A DNA stretch of 64,000 bases from Candidatus Hydrothermarchaeum profundi. GTDB taxonomy: Archaea > Hydrothermarchaeota > Hydrothermarchaeia > Hydrothermarchaeales > Hydrothermarchaeaceae. The stretch is taken from NCBI GenBank assembly GCA_002011125.2, contig MTMF02000009.1, positions 579,095 through 643,094 of the forward strand. The letters run 5' to 3'. Below, piece by piece: positions 28,884-39,198 of the stretch (positions are counted from its first letter, which is position 1; every line of letters begins with the position of its first letter). Under the pieces are notes generated by a model that saw only the letters and a program-made list of their open reading frames with translations, did no database searches and had not been told where the DNA came from. Both the position numbers and the translations under genes were made by a program.

Positions 28884-29942
28884 TTATTCTGTAATGGCTG
28901 CTTTTCCAGATCTTATTGACAAAAAAGTAAACATAGATAAAGTTAAACCTAAAATTATCCAAAGGGCAAGTTCCATTTCTCTGATTTCTCCTAGGATATA
29001 AAGACTTATTGCATCTACTATTATCCTAAGAGCAAGTACGAAAAAAATCATAACTATATATTTCGATATTCCTAGCCCCTCTATTAATGAATCGATTATT
29101 TTACCTCCTAACGGAACAAGAACAGCAAACATCAAAAGATCAATTGAGCTAGAAATAAAAATAGGTAAAGCTTCTAGCAGTTTTCCGTGAGTTATATTAG
29201 CTTTACTTACGGCATCCATACCTGTTATAATCCCGACAGTTCCTAAAAGAAATCCGACCGCATATGCGAAGAAAGTTATTCTGCCCGTTATAAAAGATGA
29301 TTTAATTTCTTGATAGAATTTATGAACATCACTTTCTAGACCGAACCCCTTTATAATTAAAAATACTCCTATAATGCCAACAGTCAGCCTCCACCCATGC
29401 ACTCCGAGAAGCATATAAAGTACTGCCGCTATACCTGGAAGTCCAACAATAATTCTAGATAGTTTAGGGTCTCTGACTATCTCTTTTAAGAATTCTTGCA
29501 TCACAAAATAAGTACTTTCAAGATTCTCACTTTGTCTCACCACAACACGTTTTAATGAAATTACATTAACTTTAGACTGGACAATTGGAAGTATGTATTC
29601 GTCTTCAGCGCCGTCTGTTACGACTATTACTCCCTCCGGACTAAACTCCGATAGTACTTCCTCCAGCTGTCTTGAGATTTCAGCGTCTGATTCCACTCCG
29701 ACATTCTCTTTACCAACTACAACAGAGACCATTACCTCCTTTCCTTCTTCTTTAAGCTTGTCACCTATTCGTACAGCTTCGAAAAGTGCATTTGCATCGG
29801 ATTCTGATGGGTCAGCTAAGGCTAGTTTTATCGCGGTGTCAAGGGTTTTTTGCCTCCCCATTATAGGTCCAGGTTCGCCCGTTTTTCTGAGGATATCAGC
29901 GTCCCTGTCTACTCCTAGAACAAGTATTTTTTTATATTTCAT
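28884..29942 (-). CDS. DUF373-family membrane protein
   Basis: VDRDADI, DPSESDAN, VTDGAEDE, RVVVRQSENLESTY, C-terminal TM helices. Confidence 0.9.
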   Translation of the reverse strand: MKYKKILVLGVDRDADILRKTGEPGPIMGRQKTLDTAIKLALADPSESDANALFEAVRIGDKLKEEGKEVMVSVVVGKENVGVESDAEISRQLEEVLSEFSPEGVIVVTDGAEDEYILPIVQSKVNVISLKRVVVRQSENLESTYFVMQEFLKEIVRDPKLSRIIVGLPGIAAVLYMLLGVHGWRLTVGIIGVFLIIKGFGLESDVHKFYQEIKSSFITGRITFFAYAVGFLLGTVGIITGMDAVSKANITHGKLLEALPIFISSSIDLLMFAVLVPLGGKIIDSLIEGLGISKYIVMIFFVLALRIIVDAISLYILGEIREMELALWIILGLTLSMFTFLSIRSGKAAITE

Positions 29943-30769
29943 ACCAAATTGAATCTCCTAAGGAGGTAGATATCGTCGAGATTAAGCTTTTCACCGTTTT
30001 TAAATCTTTCATAGATAATCTCGGCGCGCTCCTTTAACTCCTCCTCAGATACTTCATATTCAGCTTCAGCTTCTAACTCAAGTTTTCGAAGCTTATCTTC
30101 AACTTCTCTTAGTCGAGCTTTTTTTTCCTCCAACTCCTCCTTCTTCTTATCTATTTGAGGACCGATCTCCGCTATCTCCTTGTTTATTTCATCTATTTTA
30201 GCTTCTAATTCTTTTATTTTTTCAACAGCGGCTAGGAATTTCTCATGATGGGTTTGAGATTCCTCTGAGAGATTAAGGATTTTTTCATGTATTCTCTTTG
30301 ATATCTTTCTCTGGTTATCTATCTTTTTAGAAAGTTCGAGTAGGTCTTTATGTTCTTCAAGTTCTTTTCTCAGGTTTTCAATTTTTTCTACTAATTTATC
30401 TTCCTTATGGATTTCCATTACACTTGTCTGAAGTTTCCATTCTAATGCCTTAAGTTCTTTCTCCATTTTCTTGAAATTTACTTTTGGGGCGCCCTCTCGA
30501 AGTTTTTTGTACTGCGCGACCAGCTCCTTAACTGTGTTATTTGCTTGTTCACGTTCCTTTTTTAACCTTTTTATTTTTAAGTTGATTTGCTCTCTAAGCT
30601 CTCTCTGCTTATTGGCCTCGCTATTCTTTATTTTAATGGAATTTATAATATCCCGTTTCCTTAGATTATGTTTCCGTAAGAGTGCCTTACTCTGGGATAT
30701 CTCGTTCTTGAGCTGTCTTATACTAATCTTCAGCTCGTTTCTCTCTCTAAGTATCTCTTTGATGTTCAT
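29939..30769 (-). CDS. archaeal coiled-coil protein (COG1340-like)
   Basis: LEWKLQTSVMEIHKEDKLV, ESQTHHE, C-terminal ERFKNGEKLNLDDI. Confidence 0.85.
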   Translation of the reverse strand: MNIKEILRERNELKISIRQLKNEISQSKALLRKHNLRKRDIINSIKIKNSEANKQRELREQINLKIKRLKKEREQANNTVKELVAQYKKLREGAPKVNFKKMEKELKALEWKLQTSVMEIHKEDKLVEKIENLRKELEEHKDLLELSKKIDNQRKISKRIHEKILNLSEESQTHHEKFLAAVEKIKELEAKIDEINKEIAEIGPQIDKKKEELEEKKARLREVEDKLRKLELEAEAEYEVSEEELKERAEIIYERFKNGEKLNLDDIYLLRRFNLV

Positions 30770-30798
30770 TTCTTGTTGCATATTCTAAACCCTTATCC

Positions 30799-32070
30799 TC
30801 AAAAACAAAATTTAACTTCTTGAAATCCGTCCTTTAACTCTATTACGTAGTTTTTAATATTTTCGGCATCTTCCTTATTTAAAGCTAGTTTTGCCATTAA
30901 TTCTGCAATCTCTGTCATCTCACTTTCCCGCATACCATATCTAGTAACTTCCGGAACTCCAATTCTAATACCCGATGGGTTTGCTGTTCTCTCCAGAGAA
31001 TCCCATGGTAATAAGTTTTTATTAACGATGATATTTGCCTGCTCAAAAAGTTCTGCAATCTCTTTGCCTCCACCAAGATTTGATACATCTACTACTACCT
31101 GATGGCTTTCAGTAAATCCTTTTTCCTCACATAGAACATTAAATCCTCTCTCATATAGAGCCTGAGCTAAGGCCTTTGAATTTTTTATCATCTGCTTGGC
31201 ATAGTCTCTGCCAAACTTTTTCATTTCTTCCGCTGAGATCGCAAAGCCGACCACATGGTGTAAGTGGTGGTTGCTCATAAGACCGGGAAAGGCGGCTCTA
31301 TCTATTTTTTCAGCAAGATAATTCTTGCATAGCACCATGCCACCCTGAGGACCAGGGAAGGTTTTATGAGTACTTGAAGTTATTACATCTGCTCCTTCAG
31401 AAAAAGGATCCTGAAATTGTTTCCCAGCTATTAAACCTGCCACGTGTGCTGCATCATATACGATATAGGCATCAATTTCATCTGCAATCTCTTTTAACTC
31501 TTTAACGGGGTGGGGAAATAAAAATAAGCTTCCACCAAATAACATCAGTTTAGGTTTTTTCTCTAGTATCAGTTTTTTTGCTTTATCTACATCTATGTTC
31601 ATTTCTTCATAGTTAAAGGGGTACGGAAAATCTTTCAACCCTCTTATTCCTGCAGCACTAATATGTGTATGACTTATATGCCCCCCGCATTGAATACTCA
31701 GCCCAGTTATTGTATCACCATACTCTGCTAATGCAAAATATGCAGTTAAATTTGCAACCGCACCAGATATAGGTACGAGATTTGCATGATCTGCGCCAAA
31801 AAGCTCCTCAGCGGATTTCATTGCTATTGCTTCTATTTGATCGTAAAACTTCGTTCCTTGGTAGAATCTTTGGAAAATTTGAAAGCCTTCTTCATCCCTA
31901 CCACCTAAGAGACCCTCGGCATATCTATGCCCGAAATCACTTGCAAGGGCTTTTCTAACCGCAGGAGAGGTTATGTTTTCGCTAGCTATCATATTAAGGC
32001 AATGTCCTCTCCATTCTTCTTGTTTATTTATCAGGGCTAATATTCTCTCGTACAATCTTATATCACCCAT
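30799..32070 (-). CDS. glyA: serine hydroxymethyltransferase (archaeal type)
   Basis: NMIASEN, RYAEG, GGHISH, YDAAHV, STHKTFPGPQGG, SGIRIG. Confidence 0.96.
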   Translation of the reverse strand: MGDIRLYERILALINKQEEWRGHCLNMIASENITSPAVRKALASDFGHRYAEGLLGGRDEEGFQIFQRFYQGTKFYDQIEAIAMKSAEELFGADHANLVPISGAVANLTAYFALAEYGDTITGLSIQCGGHISHTHISAAGIRGLKDFPYPFNYEEMNIDVDKAKKLILEKKPKLMLFGGSLFLFPHPVKELKEIADEIDAYIVYDAAHVAGLIAGKQFQDPFSEGADVITSSTHKTFPGPQGGMVLCKNYLAEKIDRAAFPGLMSNHHLHHVVGFAISAEEMKKFGRDYAKQMIKNSKALAQALYERGFNVLCEEKGFTESHQVVVDVSNLGGGKEIAELFEQANIIVNKNLLPWDSLERTANPSGIRIGVPEVTRYGMRESEMTEIAELMAKLALNKEDAENIKNYVIELKDGFQEVKFCF

Positions 32071-33008
32071 AGGTCTTCTAGGATTACATTTCTAGCTAAT
32101 GAGGTCCTTGTAGTCCTTACGTAGTCTTGATTTCTAATAGTCCCCATTATATCTCTAAGCTTAGCGATATTCTCAACTTCACACTCCACTAACATACCGT
32201 ACTGACTGTAGGGTATTTGAACCATTGCGCGAATCTCTTTTGAATATTCTTTTTCAAGCAATGAATAAAGGTCGTTAAATTTTGCATATAGCGCGTCAAC
32301 TTGTATAAAAGCCTTAATAAAATTCCACTCTCTACTTGGATATACATTTGGCTTAATTACGACCGAATAACCTCTAATTACCCCTTTTTCTTCGAGATCT
32401 TTAACGTCTAACCTATTTACCTTCCGTGGATCTTTTTGTAATTTTACTAGGACCTGCCTATCAAATTTTACTTTTTCAAGTTCAGCGGCTCTTTCTTCGA
32501 AGTCCTCAGAATCGAAAGTAGAATTCCAGAATTTTTTTATGCATCTCGGTATTTCAACCTGTGTCGTGAGATAATTATGGATTTTTTCTCCTCCCATCTT
32601 TGTTAAAACACGGTGGACAAACTCTTCAGCAAGTCTCCCCCTAGTGCCTTCAGTTAGACCTATTAAAATAAAATCGGGTTTTCCTATTAAATCATAAACT
32701 GCCAATAGATTCCTCCCTGATACTTTTCCAATATTTTCATTTATTGAATCAGTTACGCGTTTGAAATTTTCTCTCACATTGATGAACGCATAAAAAGGCG
32801 TCAAACCCTTAAGCGCAGGGTCGATAACCGCAGAATACCTGTCTATTATGAAATCTACTTTTTTTCGCTCCCGCTTAAAATCTTCTACCTCGATTTCTGG
32901 AATATGCTTTTTAATACTTTCGAAAATCTCTTCATCAGATTTAAGGGAATAGTTTCTAAGTTCCCTTAGGATATAAAAATCAATTTCATGTGTGCATACG
33001 TCGGTCAT
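32058..33008 (-). CDS. putative tandem Lrp/AsnC-like protein
   Basis: Two halves: IDFYILREL...IIDRYSAVIDP and FDRQVLVKLQ...LEEKGVIRGYSVVI, each followed by a RAM-like domain. Confidence 0.55.
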   Translation of the reverse strand: MTDVCTHEIDFYILRELRNYSLKSDEEIFESIKKHIPEIEVEDFKRERKKVDFIIDRYSAVIDPALKGLTPFYAFINVRENFKRVTDSINENIGKVSGRNLLAVYDLIGKPDFILIGLTEGTRGRLAEEFVHRVLTKMGGEKIHNYLTTQVEIPRCIKKFWNSTFDSEDFEERAAELEKVKFDRQVLVKLQKDPRKVNRLDVKDLEEKGVIRGYSVVIKPNVYPSREWNFIKAFIQVDALYAKFNDLYSLLEKEYSKEIRAMVQIPYSQYGMLVECEVENIAKLRDIMGTIRNQDYVRTTRTSLARNVILEDLWVI

Positions 33009-33120
33009 AAATTACACCTCAAAATGTTAAGCCCAAAATTTTGTAAAAGGGCGTTTATTTTTTTACCAAAATGTATTAATATAGGTTTATTAATATTACC
33101 ATGCTATTCGAGGGATAGCT

Positions 33121-34545
33121 ATGTATCTTATTCTCGGTTGTGGGACAGCAGGTTATTTAGTTGCTAATAGATTACATGAGCAAAAAAAAGACATAGTGAT
33201 TGTTGATAAAAGTCCAGAGAGAGTGAAAGGTCTAAAAGAGATGGGGTTTAGGAAAGTTATCGAGGGGGACATGACGTCTACCGAAACTCTAGCTGAGGCG
33301 AAAATAGGTAAGGCCGAGGCGGTTTTAATTCTCACCACAGATGTCGACTTGAATAAAAAAGCCATAAAGGCAGTTAAAAAAGTTAACCCAGAAGTTCCAG
33401 TAATTGTTAGAGCCGGGGTATATAGTACTGAAGAGGATTTTAAAGAGGATGAAGCTGAGGTTGTGATATATCCCACGGACGTGGTTGCAGAATATGCGCT
33501 ATCTAGCTTAGAAAAAATAGAGTTTAAAAAGAAGATGAAAAAACTTAAAAAAATAATAAAGGAAGCAGATAAAGGAGTCGCTATTGTGACTCAAGATAAT
33601 CCAGATCCAGATGCAATTGCAAGCGCACTAACATTAAAAAGAATCATTGAAGCCGAAGGTAAGAGAGCTGATATTATTTACGGTGGAGAAATCGGCCATG
33701 AAGAAAATAGAGCTCTAGTTAATTTGTTAGGGATACATTTAGTTCCATATTCAGATGTTAGAGATCTAAGGGACTACTCAAAAATTGCTTTGATCGAGGC
33801 CTCTATTCCGGGGGAAAATAATCCCTTAAATCCCGAGATAGCGCCAGATATAATCATTGATCATCATCAAGTTGATATGAAAATGGTAAAAGGCGATTAC
33901 ATAGACATCCGGCCTGAATTAGGTGCAAGTTCAACTATACTAACCCAATATCTCGTTAATATGGGCTATGAGTTAACAGAGGAGCTTGCCACTGTCCTTT
34001 TATACGGAATAAAGACGGATACTCAAAACTTTACTAGAGGTACAACTCCAGCGGATCTCAATTCAGTAGCATTGTTATATCCGAAGGCTGATCACGATTT
34101 ATTAGCTAAGATAGAAACTCCTCTAATGTCGACTGAAACATTAGATGTTCTTGGGCAAGCTATTATCAATAAAAAAATATATGGTAGTTACCTGCTTTCA
34201 AATGTGGGGTTCATAAGGGATAGAGATACACTTCCTCAGGCAGCGGATTATTTATTGAAACTTGAGGGTATTTCGACTGTGCTAGTTTATGGTATAGGTA
34301 AGGATGTTATCCACATTTCAGCGAGGAATAGAGATATTAGAATAAATCTTGGCGAAGTCATGCAAAAAGCCTTTGGGGATATAGGTCAAGCAGGAGGACA
34401 TGCCACGGCTGCTGCAGCAAAGATATCCCTAGGTCTCTTTCAAAACGTTAAGGATAAATCATCGTTATTGAACTTGGCAACCGAAGCCGTCACCGATAGG
34501 TTTCTTAATGCTGTAGGAGCGAAAGAAAAGGAAGAAAATAAATAA
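33121..34545 (+). CDS. TrkA-N (RCK) + DHH/DHHA1 phosphoesterase
   Basis: ILGCGTAG, NPDPDAIAS, IIDHH, GIKTDT, ISAR, AGGH. Confidence 0.92.
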   Translation: MYLILGCGTAGYLVANRLHEQKKDIVIVDKSPERVKGLKEMGFRKVIEGDMTSTETLAEAKIGKAEAVLILTTDVDLNKKAIKAVKKVNPEVPVIVRAGVYSTEEDFKEDEAEVVIYPTDVVAEYALSSLEKIEFKKKMKKLKKIIKEADKGVAIVTQDNPDPDAIASALTLKRIIEAEGKRADIIYGGEIGHEENRALVNLLGIHLVPYSDVRDLRDYSKIALIEASIPGENNPLNPEIAPDIIIDHHQVDMKMVKGDYIDIRPELGASSTILTQYLVNMGYELTEELATVLLYGIKTDTQNFTRGTTPADLNSVALLYPKADHDLLAKIETPLMSTETLDVLGQAIINKKIYGSYLLSNVGFIRDRDTLPQAADYLLKLEGISTVLVYGIGKDVIHISARNRDIRINLGEVMQKAFGDIGQAGGHATAAAAKISLGLFQNVKDKSSLLNLATEAVTDRFLNAVGAKEKEENK

Positions 34546-35336
34546 TGATAGAGGAACTGAATTCTGCGATTACCCGCTCTGTTTTAAGGCAAGTTGAAAA
34601 TGTGGCGAAATTCGGAATTTTATTTTCTGGTGGGATAGATAGTGCTTTAATTGCTCAGATATGTCAAAATTCTGGGTTAAACGGTGAATTGTATACAGTA
34701 GGGGCAAAAGGCTCCCATGATCTTGAGGTTATAGAGCTAGTGAGAGAGCATTTCATGTTGAAAATAAGGACGAAAGTATTGGAGGAAAGCGATATAGAAG
34801 CTTATGCGGCTAAGGTGATGAGAATCACCGGCTTTCATGATCCTGTGAATGTTGGTATAGGCATCCCTTTGCTTGCTGGATTTGAGTTAGCTGCTAAAAA
34901 TGGTAAAAGAGTTGTTTTAGCTGGGCAAGGCGCAGATGAGCTTTTTGGGGGATATTATAGATATTTGAAATTTTCGGACATAGATTTTCTTAAGGAAACG
35001 GAGAAAGATATAAAGCAGCTTCCGTATATTTTAAAAAAGAGGGACTATGCATTAGCAAGAGCGAATTCTATTGAATTGAGACTACCGTATTTGGATCCCT
35101 CTATAATGCAGATTGCTTCTCAAATTCCTGTGGATTTTAAAATAAGAAACGGAGTTAGAAAATATATTCTGCGAGAAATAGCAAAATTGCAGGGAGTGCC
35201 GATCGAGATAATCCAGAAGGAAAAAAAGGCAGTACAGTACTCGAGTGGAGTAACAAAGGTATTACGAAAACTAGCTAAGAAAAAAGGTAAAAAGTTGAGG
35301 GAATATTTAATAAGTATATATTTTAAAGGCACGTGA
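34545..35336 (+). CDS. asparagine synthase-like PP-loop domain lacking the glutaminase domain
   Basis: FSGGIDS, GQGADELFGGY, LRLPYLD, RKYILR; only 263 aa. Confidence 0.88.
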   Translation: MIEELNSAITRSVLRQVENVAKFGILFSGGIDSALIAQICQNSGLNGELYTVGAKGSHDLEVIELVREHFMLKIRTKVLEESDIEAYAAKVMRITGFHDPVNVGIGIPLLAGFELAAKNGKRVVLAGQGADELFGGYYRYLKFSDIDFLKETEKDIKQLPYILKKRDYALARANSIELRLPYLDPSIMQIASQIPVDFKIRNGVRKYILREIAKLQGVPIEIIQKEKKAVQYSSGVTKVLRKLAKKKGKKLREYLISIYFKGT

Positions 35337-35337
35337 T

Positions 35338-35568
35338 ATGGTGGAAGAAATTGAAAGAGAAGCGGAAAAGGTTTTGAGAGAGCTTTCTCAGGTATTGGGA
35401 GAGGTGGACCTCGAGGAAACATACTATGTAGTGGAAGAAATCAACGTAACGAGAAACGACGAAAATCCGGATTTAGATAATGAATTCATAGAAATTTCAA
35501 AGAAAAACGCACCCCGGGTCGATGAGGAAGGGTATTTTATTACGGAGGTAGGTCGTTGGGTGGAATAA
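35338..35568 (+). CDS. gatC: Asp/Glu-tRNA amidotransferase subunit C
   Basis: EETYYV...NVTRND...KNAP..DEEGYF; directly before gatA. Confidence 0.85.
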   Translation: MVEEIEREAEKVLRELSQVLGEVDLEETYYVVEEINVTRNDENPDLDNEFIEISKKNAPRVDEEGYFITEVGRWVE

Positions 35569-36875
35569 ATGCCGTTCAACGAACTTCGACTTACTTAGAA
35601 AAAGTTGAAGAAAAAGACCCAGAAATAAATTCATTCATAGAGATTAATCCTAAAGCAATAAAGGAAGCAAAGCAAGTTGATGAAGGAAAAAGGAAAGGCA
35701 GGCTAGCGGGTCTGGTGGTTGGAGTAAAGTCGAATATAAATGTAAAAGGTCTAAGAGCTACCTGTGCATCCAAAACGCTAGAAAACTACATTTCGCCGTA
35801 TGATGCGACGGTGATTGAGCGAGTAAAGGCGGAGGGAGGGGTGATAATAGGTATGACCAATATGGATGAATTTGCTTGCGGTAGTTCTGGTGAGACGTCC
35901 TATTTTGGGGAAACTAATAATCCTGCAGCATTGGGGAGAATCCCAGGAGGTTCTTCTTCAGGATCTGCAGCTGCAGTGGCGGCGGGTTTTTGTGATGTGG
36001 CCTTAGGTTCAGATACAGGTGGATCTATTAGAAATCCTTCATCTCATTGTGGCGTAGTAGGACTTAAACCTACTTATGGCCTAGTTCCCAGATATGGTCT
36101 AATTGATTTAGCTATGAGTCTTGATCAGATAGGACCTATCTCGAGGGATGTATATACTCTTGCATTAATGCTGGAAGTAATTGCTGGTTACAATCCGAAA
36201 GAAGCAACAACATTGAAAGTCTCAAAAAAAGAATATTCTAAGCACCTCAACAGCGATATCTCGGGATATAAAATCGGAGTGGCAAAGGAGTTTGAAAAAG
36301 TTACTGATCCTAGAATAATGAAGATAATAAAAAAGTCGTTAAAAGTTTTAGAAAGTAGGGGCGCAGAAATAAAAGAAATATTCCTACCAAACTTGGAAAA
36401 AGGTCTTCCAACATACTATCTATGCGTATTCGTCGAATTTTTTTCAGCGACCCGTAAATTTGATGGAAGGAGATATGGCTATAGGATAGAAGAAGTATGT
36501 GGTAAAGAGGTTCTGAGAAGAATACTCTTGGGGAAGTACATTAGTCAGAAAGAGTATTCAGGCAAATATTACAAAAGGGCTCTACAGTTTAGGTCCCTCA
36601 TAAAAGAAGAGTTGCTTAAAGCATTGGAGGGCGTAGATGTAATTGTAGGTCCGACTGTGCCAAAACTTCCACACAAACTTGGAACAGAAATTGAGGATCC
36701 ATTGGTCATGTATGGATATGATCTACTAACTGTTCCTGCGAACTTGGCCGGGATACCAGCTGGTGTTATAAAATCTGGGGAAGTAGGCGGGGTACCTGTT
36801 GGACTTCAAATTCAAGCAAAGCCCTTAGACGAACAGAAGATTCTAAACGTAATGTTTGCACTAGAAAATAGCTAA
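35556..36875 (+). CDS. gatA: Asp/Glu-tRNA amidotransferase subunit A
   Basis: NMDEFACG, PGGSSSGS, GSDTGGSIR amidase signature. Confidence 0.95.
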   Translation: MGGINAVQRTSTYLEKVEEKDPEINSFIEINPKAIKEAKQVDEGKRKGRLAGLVVGVKSNINVKGLRATCASKTLENYISPYDATVIERVKAEGGVIIGMTNMDEFACGSSGETSYFGETNNPAALGRIPGGSSSGSAAAVAAGFCDVALGSDTGGSIRNPSSHCGVVGLKPTYGLVPRYGLIDLAMSLDQIGPISRDVYTLALMLEVIAGYNPKEATTLKVSKKEYSKHLNSDISGYKIGVAKEFEKVTDPRIMKIIKKSLKVLESRGAEIKEIFLPNLEKGLPTYYLCVFVEFFSATRKFDGRRYGYRIEEVCGKEVLRRILLGKYISQKEYSGKYYKRALQFRSLIKEELLKALEGVDVIVGPTVPKLPHKLGTEIEDPLVMYGYDLLTVPANLAGIPAGVIKSGEVGGVPVGLQIQAKPLDEQKILNVMFALENS

Positions 36876-36901
36876 ATTACCAAAAGGTTAGGTTGTGACC
36901 T

Positions 36902-38272
36902 ATGAGGACAGATATAGGTTTTGAAATTCATGAGCAGTTAAATACGGCTACAAAATTATACTGTGATTGCCCCACAGACTATAGGAACGCTAAGCCTAAT
37001 ACAAATATTTGTGAAGTTTGCGTTGGTATACCGGGAGCTAAACCTTTTCCTGTTAATCAGGTAGCTATAGATTCGGTAATTGAGATCGCTCTGATGCTTA
37101 ATTGTGAAATTGTTAGAGAGCCGATCTATATCCAAAGGAAACATTATGATTATCCGGATCTGCCTTCGGGATATCAGAGAACTTCTTTACCTATAGGTAA
37201 GAATGGGAATTTGCTGGGAGTAGGCATCTGGGAGGTTCATTTAGAGGAAGATCCCGGGAAATATGATCCGACGAGTGGGAAGGTAGATTATAACCGGTCC
37301 GGTGTGCCCCTAGTTGAAATTGTAACTGCACCTGACTTGCATACGCCGGAAGAAGCAAGAAACTTTCTTAAAGAGCTAACAAAGGTTTTAAGTTATACCG
37401 GGAAGGTTAGATCAGAAGGCGGCACTATGAGGATGGATACCAATATTTCCATTGAAGGTGGTGCCCGAGTAGAAATAAAGAATATAAACTCGATTAAGGG
37501 GGCCTATCGGGCACTAAAGTTTGAGATAACTCGCCAGAAAAATTTGATGAAAAAAGGTAGAGCGGTAAAAAGAGAGACAAGAGCTTTCTTGGAAGCCCAG
37601 ATGATAACTAAGACCATGAGGGTCAAGGAGGAGGCAGAAGACTATAGGTATATCCCTGATCCCGATCTGCCTCCACTTCTAATATCTCAGGAAAAGATAG
37701 CTAAGATAAGAGAAATAATGCCCGAGGCACCTCATTTAAAGCTTGAGAGGTTTATGAAACAATATGAGATAGGAAGAGATGATGCATGGGCAATAACAAG
37801 TGAGATTGAGATGGCCGATTCATTTGAGGAGGTCTGCAAGTCTATGCCCGAGATAGATCCGAAATATATTGCATCTTTCTTCCGTCATTTAATTAAGAAA
37901 AAATTGAATTACGATAATATAAGTTTCCGTGAAAGTGGTTTGACATCAGAAGATATTAAAACTATAATTTCCAAATTAAATTCAAAAGAGATAACTTCTA
38001 GTGGAGCGGAGCTTGCAATAAGAGGGGTAATTGAAGAAAAAAAACCAGCTTCTGTAATAATAAATGAAAAAGGGCTTACAAGAATTGAAGAGGAAGATGT
38101 TGTTGTTAAAGCCATTGAAGAAGCTATAAAGGAAAATCCTCAGGCAGTAAGTGACTATCTGGGAGGGAAGACTGAGGCATTAAATTATATCGTGGGACAA
38201 GTTATGAAGAAGACTCGGGGTAGGGCAGATCCTGCAGAGGTATTAAAAGCGTTAAAGGCTCGTTTAAAATGA
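36902..38272 (+). CDS. gatB: Asp/Glu-tRNA amidotransferase subunit B
   Basis: GFEIHEQL, RKHYDYPDLP, HLEED, DYRYIPDPDLP, GQVMKKTRGRADP. Confidence 0.96.
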   Translation: MRTDIGFEIHEQLNTATKLYCDCPTDYRNAKPNTNICEVCVGIPGAKPFPVNQVAIDSVIEIALMLNCEIVREPIYIQRKHYDYPDLPSGYQRTSLPIGKNGNLLGVGIWEVHLEEDPGKYDPTSGKVDYNRSGVPLVEIVTAPDLHTPEEARNFLKELTKVLSYTGKVRSEGGTMRMDTNISIEGGARVEIKNINSIKGAYRALKFEITRQKNLMKKGRAVKRETRAFLEAQMITKTMRVKEEAEDYRYIPDPDLPPLLISQEKIAKIREIMPEAPHLKLERFMKQYEIGRDDAWAITSEIEMADSFEEVCKSMPEIDPKYIASFFRHLIKKKLNYDNISFRESGLTSEDIKTIISKLNSKEITSSGAELAIRGVIEEKKPASVIINEKGLTRIEEEDVVVKAIEEAIKENPQAVSDYLGGKTEALNYIVGQVMKKTRGRADPAEVLKALKARLK

Positions 38273-39198
38273 GGAAAGTACTTAAAACTACTCTTGGAAT
38301 AAAAAAGAGAGAGACTGTGCTGATAGTTACCGATGATAATAAGGTAGAAGTCGCTAGTATTATTGAGAGAGCAACTAAAAGCTTGAGTGATGAGGTTTTA
38401 ACTATTAAAATGATGCCCCGAAGTAGGCATGCAGAAGAACCGCCGAGGGCTGTGTCAGAGGCTATGAAAGTTAGTGATGTAGTGATAATGCCTACTACTA
38501 TGTCGCTGACGCATACCAATGCTAGAAAGAAGGCTTGTGAGGAGGGTGCCCGGATTGCCTCTATGCCTGGCATAACTCTTGAGATGCTAACTAAGGGGGG
38601 AATGAGAGCGGACTACAAAAAAGTTAAGAAGATCTCAGATAAATTAACTGAACTTCTAACAATTTCTAACTCAATAAAAATAGAATCGTCTCTAGGAACT
38701 AGCCTTACAGCTAGCTTAAAAGGTAGAAAAGGCATATCAGATAGCGGTATATTTACTGAAAAAGGTGCATTCGGTAATCTTCCAGCTGGTGAAGGTTTTA
38801 TTGCTCCGGTTGAATCTGAGTCTGAAGGTACTATAGTTTTTGACGGTTCTATAGCTGGTGTAGGAGTACTAGACTCTTTAGTTGAAGTTTCAATTCAAGA
38901 TGGAAGAGTAGTAAAAGTGCGGGGAGATAAGGGTAAGCTAGGTAGGATGCTCAGAAAATATAAGAACGCAGACCACATTGCTGAGATTGGTATAGGCGCG
39001 AATCCTAAAGCCAGAATTATAGGTAATGTGCTGGAAGACGAAAAAGTTTTAGGGACTGCACATATTGCTTTTGGAGATAATCATACTTTCGGTGGGAATA
39101 TTAGTGCAGAAGTCCACATAGACGGTATAATAAAAAGCCCTACTATTTGGCTTGATGACAGGCTCATAATGTTGGAGGGAAAATTACGCTGCCTGTAA
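38269..39198 (+). CDS. M29-like (thermophilic) aminopeptidase
   Basis: GNLPAGE, AEIGIGANP, EDEK..GTAHIAFGDN, HID. Confidence 0.85.
   Translation: MRKVLKTTLGIKKRETVLIVTDDNKVEVASIIERATKSLSDEVLTIKMMPRSRHAEEPPRAVSEAMKVSDVVIMPTTMSLTHTNARKKACEEGARIASMPGITLEMLTKGGMRADYKKVKKISDKLTELLTISNSIKIESSLGTSLTASLKGRKGISDSGIFTEKGAFGNLPAGEGFIAPVESESEGTIVFDGSIAGVGVLDSLVEVSIQDGRVVKVRGDKGKLGRMLRKYKNADHIAEIGIGANPKARIIGNVLEDEKVLGTAHIAFGDNHTFGGNISAEVHIDGIIKSPTIWLDDRLIMLEGKLRCL

Noticed and set aside
32058-33008. Fused siroheme decarboxylase AhbAB
   Set aside because: Lacks the HxYxR motif and is not in the hem cluster.
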